Of a stretch of DNA of 32,000 nucleotides, positions 16,344-24,822 are shown piece by piece. The stretch's first letter is position 1. Every line of letters starts with the position of its first letter. A model generated the notes under the pieces. The model was given only the letters and a program-made list of their open reading frames with translations. It searched no databases and was not told where the DNA came from. The position numbers and the translations under genes were made by a program. Source of the DNA: Candidatus Midichloria mitochondrii IricVA (GTDB lineage: Bacteria; Pseudomonadota; Alphaproteobacteria; Rickettsiales; Midichloriaceae); contig NC_015722.1 in NCBI RefSeq assembly GCF_000219355.1, positions 690,001 through 722,000 on the forward strand, read 5' to 3'.

Positions 16344-17081
16344 ATGTTACGTTTTTTGCCATACCTTATTGTCTGTTTATTAATTATATTAGGCAGCAAA
16401 ATGTTTAATATATTTGACAAAAATGCGATAGATTTAGCATCAAAAGATGATACTGTATTCAACTTTGCGGAACCTAATCTTGCTCAAGCCGCGATAGAAA
16501 TTGATGACAAGGCGCATGAATATGATAAAAATCAAAACACTGAAGAGCTAAACAAAATAATTCAGTCCATAAAAAATGATTCAGAAAATATTGTGAAGGA
16601 TGAAAAAATTTATGACAGAAACATAAAAGATTTACCAAATGTTGGGTGTATTTCTTATATTAAAAGAGAGTTCTCCCCTACCGAGGTTGATATTTTAAAG
16701 AGCTTAAAACAACGTAGGGAAGAATTGGAAAATAGAGAACAGGAATTGCTTTTTAAGGAAAATACTATTCAATTAACTAAAAACCAAATCATTGAGCGTT
16801 TATCTACTTTACAGCTTTTAAAAGATGAGTTACAAGTCATCATAAGACAATATGATACGAAGGAAGGAGAAAAGAATGCAAAGTTGGTCAGAATATATGA
16901 AAGTATGAAACCAAAAGAAGCTGCTAGAATATTTGAAGAAATGCAGCTAAATGTATTGTTAGAAGTTGTGGAGAAAATGCGTGAAACAAGGCTTGCACCA
17001 ATACTTGCTTCTATGGAGCCTTTTAAAGCCAAAGAAATAACGGTAGCACTTGTAAATAGACGTAAATCAATTCATAACTAA
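16344..17081 (+). CDS. MotE/FlbB-like flagellar protein (MgtE-N-type helical repeat)
   Basis: It has an N-terminal TM segment, a coiled-coil middle, and the C-terminal stretch VRIYESMKPKEAARIFEEMQLNVLLEVVEKMRETRLAPILASMEPFKAKEITVAL, typical of MotE/FlbB-family proteins. Confidence 0.6.
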   Translation: MLRFLPYLIVCLLIILGSKMFNIFDKNAIDLASKDDTVFNFAEPNLAQAAIEIDDKAHEYDKNQNTEELNKIIQSIKNDSENIVKDEKIYDRNIKDLPNVGCISYIKREFSPTEVDILKSLKQRREELENREQELLFKENTIQLTKNQIIERLSTLQLLKDELQVIIRQYDTKEGEKNAKLVRIYESMKPKEAARIFEEMQLNVLLEVVEKMRETRLAPILASMEPFKAKEITVALVNRRKSIHN

Positions 17082-17104
17082 ACTATAAACAAATTAGTTT
17101 TTAA

Positions 17105-18829
17105 TTGATGTTACGTGCTTTATCTATACAAAATTTTATATTGATAAATAATTTATTGATAGAGTTTTATGATGGCTTAACTGCTTTAACTGGCGAAACC
17201 GGAGCAGGAAAGTCTATTATATTAGATGCTCTTGGCTTGAGTATAGGCAACAGAGCAAACCTTTCTTTAATTAAAAATAAAGAAAAACCTGCAATAATTT
17301 CTGCCGAATTCGACATATCTCTTTTAAATCAAGATATTAAGCAGAACCTAACCGAAAATTATGGGATAGAGGGTACAGATCTTGTTTTAAAGCGAGTGAT
17401 AAACTTTGATGGAAAAAGCAGAGCTTTTATAAATAATGCGATCAGTAGTGTATCGCAGCTCAAAGCCTTAGCAAATTATCTTATAGAAGTTTGTGGCCAA
17501 CATGATCAGCGTGGGTTATTTGACGAGAGTGAGCATTTACTAATGCTTGATGAATATTTTAATTTAAAAACTAAAAAGCTTGAGCTAAAGAGACTATTTA
17601 CTAACTACCAAAACAAAAAATAGCCCTGGTTGACTTGATTGACTTAAAAAACAAGTTACTTAGAAGAAAAATCTTATTTAGAATATGTAATTGCAGAAAT
17701 TGAAGGCATAGGATATCGACCTGGTGAAGAGGAAGAACTGGAGGTTAAAAAGAAGAAATTGGCTTCCCTGGAAAAGCTCAAAGAACTCTCGAGTTTAATC
17801 CAGCTAAAGTTATCTGGCGAGATCAATGGAGTTTTAGTTACTTTATATACTTTACAAAAGGCATTGGTAAAAGTTCCAGAATATTTTGATGGTATTTATC
17901 ATCAGATCAATGAGGCAGTTATTATCTTAGAAGAAGCAGTAAGACAGAATAGCGACTTAATAAGTGGCGAAGATTACCAAATGACATTAAACGAAATAGA
18001 AGATAGACTCTTTAAGATCAAAAATTTAGCTAGGAAATATTCAATCGTTCCAAGTCAAATTCCAGAATTTTTAAGTGCTAAACGAAGCCAGTATCAGCTA
18101 ATCGAAAATATTGATGATAAAATTATTGACGCAGAGAAACTCTTAACCCAAGTTAAAAAGGAATATTTTGATTATGCATTAATGATCTCTTCTCAAAGAA
18201 AAGAAGCAGCAAGAAATTTAAAAGCTAATATTATTTCTCAATTTCAAGATATCAAAATGGATAAGGCTGATTTTTCTACTGAGATCAAAGATAAAGCTGA
18301 AGACAGATGGTCAGCAGATGGTATTGATGAGGTGAGGTTCTTGATCAAAACCAACCCTGGTATGCATTTTTGGTGTTATCAATAACATTGCATCAGGAGG
18401 AGAGCTCTATCCCGGGTTATGTTAGCTTGTAAAATAGCGTTATACAAAAACAATTTTGTACCAGTAATGATTTCTGATGAAATAGATTCGGGTATCGGTG
18501 GCTCCGTTTCAACTAGCGTTGGCAGAAAATTGGCCGAATTATCTAAATTAGGACAGATTTTGATCGTCACCCACCAGCCCCAAGTTGCAGTTTTTGCCAA
18601 CAGGCATTATTTAGTAACTAAACAAGAGGCGATTGCAGAGCAAGTTGAAGTGAGAGTTAACCTTTTGAATGAACAAGAAAGACTTAAAGAAATAGCTAGA
18701 ATGCTTTCCGGAGATCACATCACTATAGAAGCAGAAAATGCAGCCAAAAGCTTATTTGAAAAGGTACCTACTCTATATGAACCATTGCAATACAAAACCT
18801 CATATAAGCGCAAGGAGCAAAGTATATGA
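17105..18829 (+). pseudogene. recN: DNA repair protein RecN, interrupted (three same-frame ORFs separated by two out-of-frame islands)
   Basis: The N-terminus reads LRALSIQNFILINNLLIEFYDGLTALTGETGAGKSIILDALGL (Walker A). The C-terminus reads ISDEIDSGIGGSVSTSVGRKLAELSKLGQILIVTHQPQVAVFANRHYLVTK (Walker B / D-loop). In-frame stops occur at 17621, 17636, 17645 and 18383. The signature IASGGEL(SR) is readable only in the +1 frame at about 18372-18407. Confidence 0.88.
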
Positions 18830-19746
18830 ATACTACTCGAGCTACAGAGTTCAGATGGGATCTGGCACTACCTGAGGTTAGGGGAAGGTATAGATATAAC
18901 GCTAATCTAGGAAAAATGTGCTGGTTTGGCGTCGGAGGAAGTGCAGATGTTTTGTTTATCCCTGCTGATGTAGAAGACCTGCAGGATTTTTTACTAAAAG
19001 TAGGCAGCTCTGTTCCGATTACCGTGATAGGCGTAGGGTCAAATTTATTAATTCGTGATAACGGTATTAGAGGAGTGGTAATTAGGTTAGGAGCAGGCTT
19101 CAATTATATAAAGCGCAAAGAACACCGAGTCATTGCTGGAGCTGCGGTTTTAGACTTAAACGTCGCGCAGTATTGCTTAGAATATGCAATATCTGGGTTA
19201 GAATTTTTAGCCGGGATCCCAGGAACAATTGGAGGTGCCCTTTATATGAATGCAGGTGCTTATCACTCTGATATTTCAAATATTTTAATTGAAGCCAAGG
19301 CTATTAATTTACAAGGTAAACTAAAAGTATTTAAGAAGAGCGATCTTGGATATAAATATCGCAGCAATGGTTTGAGCGAGAGCTGGATTTTTATAGAGGG
19401 CTCCTTTCAAGGCCAACAAGGTGAATACAACATTATAGATCACAACATAAAAAATATACAGAATAGCAGGCTATCAATACAGCCGATTAAGTCTAAAACG
19501 GGAGGTTCAACTTTTAAAAATCCACCAGGCCTTCCCGCCTGGAAGTTAATAGACGAAGCAGGATGTAGAGGTTTACGAATTGGGGGGGCCGAAGTGTCTA
19601 CTCAACATTGTAATTTCTTTATTAATAGTAACTCAGCCACCGCGAGTGATTTAGAAAAACTCATTAAGGAAGTCAGGAACAGAGTTTTGGAAAAAACTGG
19701 AGTTTTATTAGAGCCAGAAGTAAAAATCATTGGGGAAGATGCTTAA
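18826..19746 (+). CDS. murB: UDP-N-acetylenolpyruvoylglucosamine reductase
   Basis: FAD-binding N-domain: WFGVGGSADVLFIPADVEDLQDFL and VIGVGSNLLIRDNGIRGVVIRL. C-terminal motifs: GSTFKNPPG..AWKLIDEAGCRGLRIGGAEVSTQHCNFFIN. It overlaps the recN stop by 4 nt. Confidence 0.9.
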   Translation: MNTTRATEFRWDLALPEVRGRYRYNANLGKMCWFGVGGSADVLFIPADVEDLQDFLLKVGSSVPITVIGVGSNLLIRDNGIRGVVIRLGAGFNYIKRKEHRVIAGAAVLDLNVAQYCLEYAISGLEFLAGIPGTIGGALYMNAGAYHSDISNILIEAKAINLQGKLKVFKKSDLGYKYRSNGLSESWIFIEGSFQGQQGEYNIIDHNIKNIQNSRLSIQPIKSKTGGSTFKNPPGLPAWKLIDEAGCRGLRIGGAEVSTQHCNFFINSNSATASDLEKLIKEVRNRVLEKTGVLLEPEVKIIGEDA

Positions 19747-20788
19747 GATTATAGGAACAATGAGCGGCACCTCTTGTGATGGCATAGATATTGCTCTGAT
19801 AGAAACAGATGGCGAGTCGAAGCTAAAACTAAAGGGCGGTATGGTCATACCTTACGAGCCATCATTCTCTACAGTATTAAAAAATATTTATAAAGAAAGT
19901 GACTATAAAAAGATTATTAAACTAGAAAAGACATTAACAGAATACCATGCAAATGCCATAAAAAAGTTTTTAAACACTAGTGATATTAATGCTTCTGAAA
20001 TCGGTTTCATAGGCTTTCATGGCCACACTGTTTTTCATAACCTAGGTGAAGGTCTAACTTGGCAGATAGGCAACGCCAATCTATTGGCAGAATTAACTGG
20101 AAGTTCGGTAGTAAGTGATTTCCGAAGAAGAGATATAGCAGCAGGCGGGCAGGGCGCGCCATTAGTTCCGGTTTTTCATCAAGCGCTAGCTAGAAGTTGG
20201 GGATTGGATAATACTATTTTTTTGAATATAGGAGGAGTGAGTAATATTACCTATATTGATAAAGAAGAGATAATAGCTTTTGATGCTGGACCTGGAAATG
20301 CTTTGATTGATGATTTCTTATATAAAAGAGTAGCTATTTCTTATGATGAAGGCGGTAAGATTGGAGCAAGAGGTAAAGTGGATTTTGAAGTAGTAAGAAC
20401 ATTTCAAAAAGATGTGTTTTATAGTGGCCCCATCCCAAAATCTTTAGACCGTAATCATTTTAATTATATCGATTTAAATTTTGCAAATTTAGAAGACGGG
20501 GCCGCAACCCTTACCTATATAACTGCAGATTTCATTAAGAAAAGCCTCAAAACCCTCAATAGAGAGATTAAACAGATCATTGTTTGCGGTGGCGGACGCA
20601 AAAATAAGTTCCTAATGGGATTATTGCAGGAAGTAAAACAAATAGATGAATATGGTATAGATGGTGATCTTATTGAAGCGTATGCATTTGGATACTTAGC
20701 AGCAAGAACCGTAAAAAAGCTACCAATTTCCTATCCGACTACAACCGGAGTCAAGACTCCAAAGTCCGGTGGAACCTTAGTTCTGTAG
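19730..20788 (+). CDS. anmK: anhydro-N-acetylmuramic acid kinase
   Basis: Motifs are IIGTMSGTSCDGIDIALIETDG at the N-terminus, GFHGHTVFH, FRRRDIAAGGQGAPLVP, NIGGVSNITY, FDAGPGNALID and CGGGRKN. Confidence 0.9.
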   Translation: MGKMLKIIGTMSGTSCDGIDIALIETDGESKLKLKGGMVIPYEPSFSTVLKNIYKESDYKKIIKLEKTLTEYHANAIKKFLNTSDINASEIGFIGFHGHTVFHNLGEGLTWQIGNANLLAELTGSSVVSDFRRRDIAAGGQGAPLVPVFHQALARSWGLDNTIFLNIGGVSNITYIDKEEIIAFDAGPGNALIDDFLYKRVAISYDEGGKIGARGKVDFEVVRTFQKDVFYSGPIPKSLDRNHFNYIDLNFANLEDGAATLTYITADFIKKSLKTLNREIKQIIVCGGGRKNKFLMGLLQEVKQIDEYGIDGDLIEAYAFGYLAARTVKKLPISYPTTTGVKTPKSGGTLVL

Positions 20789-20970
20789 AAATTATGCATC
20801 AAAAACATTCCAATTTTCCAATAACATACTCAAGAGCATGGGTTTCGGTATTGAAGTAATTTCGTAAAATATCTATTAACAATTTGGTTGAGTCACCGTT
20901 AAACCCATAATGTTTAGTTGAAACTAGTATTGCTTCTCCATATTTATCACAACAATCATTAATAAAGTTG

Positions 20971-21005
20971 GGATCGCGTGCCTACTCCTTACGTCGAACT
21001 GAGGT
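20971..21005 (+). repeat. copy B of the ~35-nt repeat (exact 24-nt core at 20982-21005), isolated from any transposase
   Basis: ggatcgcgtgcctactccttacgtcgaactgaggt matches 8158-8195. The flanks on both sides are unrelated to those of copy A. Confidence 0.8.
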
Positions 21006-21101
21006 AAATTACTAAATTACAGAACGGCATAGATTTAACCAATAGTAGCCAAATGTGTATAGAAGAAGGAGCGACAGTAAGTCAATATAACAACACTACT
21101 C

Positions 21102-21623
21102 CTAGAATCGGCATAAAAAAAGCAGTCGACAAACCATGGCGGTTTTATTGTCCCGTTTTGTAGTTTTAAAGTAGCTAATATTATCCAGTTCTCCGAGCGA
21201 GCCCCTATTTGCACTACCGAAGATTGTATTGAGTCTTTGTCTAATTCCAAGATAATATGTTGTTTTAGATTCTCTACTTAACTTCTTGCGTAGCATTCCC
21301 AAAACTTTAGGAGGAGCTGCTATGACTAATTTACTATAAGTCTTTTTCGTGAATAAATCCTCAAGATACTGGATTACTTCTCTAGTAAATTCTTATATTT
21401 CCTGAGTTTTAATCATCAGTGTGCGGCTCTATTATAAGCCTCGGCTCCCATGGGCCGTCCGAAAGACCTTCCTAATGACTTCATAGAGCTTTTGGATCAG
21501 TCGAACCGGTTTTGCTTTTAATTCGTAATCTAACTTAGTAGTGATTTTCTTATTTAATGCTTGCTTATAGAAAAAGGCACGCTTGCTATCCACTAGCAGG
21601 ACTAGAGCTTCTTTGTTCACCAC
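21102..21623 (-). pseudogene. host-attachment-protein-family (Host_attach-like) gene, decayed
   Basis: The reverse strand reads NKEALVLLVDSKRAFFYK...HGSRGL**SRTLMIKTQEI*EFTREVIQYLEDLFTKKTYSKLVIAAPPKVLGMLRKKLSRESKTT. It then changes frame to ELDKDSIQ. The blocks (w.lvaD...Ar.f ; f...v...L......y..LvlvAaP..LG.LR..L ; e..KDl) are those of the alphaproteobacterial host-attachment family. There are in-frame stops and at least one frameshift. Confidence 0.5.
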
Positions 21624-21759
21624 CTTAACCTCATTTCAATAAATGACCCACTTATCTAATGTGAAGACATATCGAAATAAAAGTCAATATAAAAAATCAG
21701 ATTATCTTTTCAGGTTTGTCGAGTGATAATAAAAGATAGGTACCCTTAGCAAAGCATTA

Positions 21760-23109
21760 TTAAGGATTTTGCTTAACTGGACTTAGCATTTGCTCTATAT
21801 TATTAGCAACTTCATTTACAATATTGATATCTTTTCCTTCAACCATAACTCGCAGCAATCTTTCAGTGCCAGATTTTCTGACAATAATTTGTAGGTCTTT
21901 ATTATCAGATTGAATTTTTTCTATTGAGGATAAAACTCTTTGATCTTCCAGGGGGCTAGTTCCAGTAAATTTTATATTTTTTGCCACTTGTGGATTAAGC
22001 GAAAACATCTTTCCTATGTAACTTGCCTTCTTTTCGGATTGCACAAGCAAAGAAAGAACCTGTAAAGCGGCTATGACGCCATCGCCTGCAGTTGAATAAT
22101 CACTAATTATGATATGACCCGATTGTTCTCCGCCTAAGTTACACTCTCTTTTTCTCATCTCAGCCGCTACATAGCGATCACCAACTTTAGATCTGTAAAC
22201 AGCAATCCCGCGTTGAGCTAAAAAATCATCCAGAGCTGTATTGGAAATTTGAGTTACCACGACTCCAGATTTTAAAGAGCCAGCTTGGTGCATGTATAGT
22301 GCAATTGCCGCTATTAAGTGATCTCCTGATATCACTTCTCCTTTTTCATCGCATATTACTACTCTATCCGCATCTCCATCCAGGGCAATCCCTATGTCTG
22401 CTCTAGTTTCCATCACTTTTTGAGATAAGGTGAGGGGATGGGTTGCCCCACAATTTTCATTAATATTAAAGCCATTAGGTTCACAGCCAATAGAAATGAC
22501 TTCAGCACCAAGCTCCCATAATATGGTTGGGGCCAATTTATAAGCGCTGCCATTAGCACAATCTATTACTATTCTAAGACCGCTTAAAGTTTTATGCTTT
22601 AAGAAAGAATTTTTTACGTACTCTATATACCTACCGAGCGCATCATCTAATCTTGCAGCTCGGCCTAACTTATCAGGTGCAGCTAAATTATTTTTTAATT
22701 CGCTACTTAAAATTAAGTTTTGAATCTCTATTTCGCACTTATCACTCAATTTATTACTATTGCTGTCAAATAACTTTAACCCGTTATCATAATAAGGATT
22801 ATGAGATGCAGAGATCATAATTCCAAAATCAGCGCGCAAGGACTTAATTAACATTGCAAGGGCTGGAGTGGGCATTGGCCCTAACAATATTACATCAACA
22901 CCCACAGAAACCAAACCAGAAGTTAAAGCAGGTTCAATTAGATAACCGGACAACCGCGTATCCTTCGCTATCAAGACTTTACCTCGTTGGCCAAGCTTAG
23001 AAAAATAAACCCCCGCAGCTACACCAAACTTTAGCATCACCTCCGGCGTAATGGGATGCTGATTTACTAGACCTCGTATACCATCCGTCCCAAAAAGATT
23101 TAAAGACAT
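21760..23109 (-). CDS. glmM: phosphoglucosamine mutase
   Basis: Motifs are FGTDGIRG, the active-site ISASHNPYYDNGLKLF, the metal site ALDGDADRV, GGEQSGHII and VRKSGTERLLRVMVEG. Confidence 0.94.
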   Translation of the reverse strand: MSLNLFGTDGIRGLVNQHPITPEVMLKFGVAAGVYFSKLGQRGKVLIAKDTRLSGYLIEPALTSGLVSVGVDVILLGPMPTPALAMLIKSLRADFGIMISASHNPYYDNGLKLFDSNSNKLSDKCEIEIQNLILSSELKNNLAAPDKLGRAARLDDALGRYIEYVKNSFLKHKTLSGLRIVIDCANGSAYKLAPTILWELGAEVISIGCEPNGFNINENCGATHPLTLSQKVMETRADIGIALDGDADRVVICDEKGEVISGDHLIAAIALYMHQAGSLKSGVVVTQISNTALDDFLAQRGIAVYRSKVGDRYVAAEMRKRECNLGGEQSGHIIISDYSTAGDGVIAALQVLSLLVQSEKKASYIGKMFSLNPQVAKNIKFTGTSPLEDQRVLSSIEKIQSDNKDLQIIVRKSGTERLLRVMVEGKDINIVNEVANNIEQMLSPVKQNP

Positions 23110-23374
23110 AAAGATTTTTCTTTAAGATATAACAGTTAATCAGCAGATTTTCAAGCTTAATAACTCTTCTATTACTATGTATAAATGGTATTACTGCTCC
23201 GCTATCATTTCATTTCTGTACTCAAATACTTTAAGCATGACGAAACCTCGCTTATTATCTGCAAAGGTCAGCTACTATAGGATTTCCACTGTAAAATATG
23301 TAACAAGTAAGCAAAAGCTTTACGCCCTTGCGTGCATTTTGAATTACTTGCTATTCTTTTTTTATCAGTATATG

Positions 23375-23712
23375 CTAAAACCTTAGCGTTATTGATACCA
23401 TTTTTAGCTGTGTCTTCGTGTTTTTGTGCAGCGTTTTTGCTGAATTGTTTTTTACAAACTGCAGTACATTACCAGTACTCCAAGGACCATCCTTATCTAC
23501 ACGTACTATAAATTCATATTTAACATTTGGGTCTGGAGAAGGAATAGGCTGAAGCTCAAATTTCGGTTCGGGGTTATTAGGATCAACTCTCAATTTAAGA
23601 TTAATACGACATTACTTTCTGGATCAATTTGCGGATCAAAGTTTTAAACCAGAACTACTTGTACTCCATCTCTATATTGATTGATAACGGGTTTGGTTAT
23701 TAGAATCAGTCA
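23375..23712 (-). pseudogene. decayed ORF of unknown function
   Basis: The ATG at 23710-23712 opens MTDSNNQT. Other frames then give PVINQYRDGVQVVLV, FDPQIDPESNVVLI and (ORF 23375-23593) RVDPNNPEPKFELQPIPSPDPNVKYEFIVRVDKDGPWSTGNVLQFVKNN. The reading is coherent only if about 3 frameshifts are allowed. No family was recognised. Confidence 0.3.
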
Positions 23713-23948
23713 TTGTGTTCAAATGAAAGTTAAATAATAGCGCTACCATATATCACAAAGAAACAATTCTAAAAACAAATAATTATTAAAATATGTATTA
23801 AAATGGGTGCATATTTAAAACCAAAATTTAGCAGACTTCCTTAATCAAGCAGATTATCTTCTACCGGGCCACTAAAAAGTATTTTATATGTTTTTGAATT
23901 TTGTCTTTAATGTTATAACAGCGTTGAGGAATTAATAATTTATTAAAT

Positions 23949-24818
23949 ATGTATAAGAAAATCAGGAAAGCAGTATTCCCAGTTGGTGGCCTCGGTACTC
24001 GGTTTTTACCTGCAACCAAGTCGATGCCCAAAGAAATGCTTCCTGTGCTAAACAAGCCTTTAATACATCACGCTTTTGAAGAGGCTAGAAATGCTGGTAT
24101 TGAGCAATTTATTTTTATTACAGGGAGAAATAAGAATTCTATCAATGATCATTTTGACCATGCTATTGAATTAGAGAATTTCCTAGAATTTAAGAATAAC
24201 AAAGATATGTTATTTCTATCTAAAGATTGTTTGATTGAACCTGGTAATATAGTCTTCTTGAGACAACAGCAGCCCTTAGGGCTTGGCCATGCCGTTTGGT
24301 GCGCAAGAAATATTATAGGTGACGAACCTTTTGCGGTAATATTAGCAGATGATATGTTCATAGAAGATCGAAAATGCGGCATCTTAACAGAGATGATTCA
24401 ATATTTTCAATCTGATACCACTGCTAATATTATTGGTATTTCTAAAATTAATATAAGCGAAAGTAAAAAATATGGGATAGTTAAAATTGGGGATGGAGAT
24501 ATTGTTGAAGATATGATAGAAAAGCCAGAAGTAAGTGACGCTCCTTCTGGTTTAGCTATAGTCGGAAGGTACATATTACAACCAGATATTTTTTATTATC
24601 TGAAAGGTACTGAAGCGGATAAAGGTGGGGAAATACAGTTAACTAATGCAATGAAAAAAATGTTGGCTAATAGCAAGTTTAGAGCGTATAGAACCAATGC
24701 TTATAGACTAGACTGCGGAAATTATTTGGGATATTTAGAAGCCAATGTAAGATTTTCTCTGCAAAATAGCGAATTTTCTGAGCCCATAAAAGAAATGTTA
24801 AAAAATATATTAGGGTAA
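23949..24818 (+). CDS. galU: UTP--glucose-1-phosphate uridylyltransferase
   Basis: The N-terminus reads KAVFPVGGLGTRFLPATKSMPKEMLPVLNKPLIHHAFEEA. Further motifs are QQQPLGLGHAVWCA, VILADD and VEKP. Confidence 0.9.
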   Translation: MYKKIRKAVFPVGGLGTRFLPATKSMPKEMLPVLNKPLIHHAFEEARNAGIEQFIFITGRNKNSINDHFDHAIELENFLEFKNNKDMLFLSKDCLIEPGNIVFLRQQQPLGLGHAVWCARNIIGDEPFAVILADDMFIEDRKCGILTEMIQYFQSDTTANIIGISKINISESKKYGIVKIGDGDIVEDMIEKPEVSDAPSGLAIVGRYILQPDIFYYLKGTEADKGGEIQLTNAMKKMLANSKFRAYRTNAYRLDCGNYLGYLEANVRFSLQNSEFSEPIKEMLKNILG

Positions 24819-24822
24819 TCTG

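Noticed and set aside
20790-20975. Reverse-strand peptide RDPNFINDCCDKYGEAILVSTKHYGFNGDSTKLLIDILRNYFNTETHALEYVIGKLECF* abutting the 35-nt repeat
   Set aside because: It is an open stretch of only about 60 codons with no start codon context and no motif I recognise. It may be a gene remnant truncated by the repeat, but I cannot support a call.
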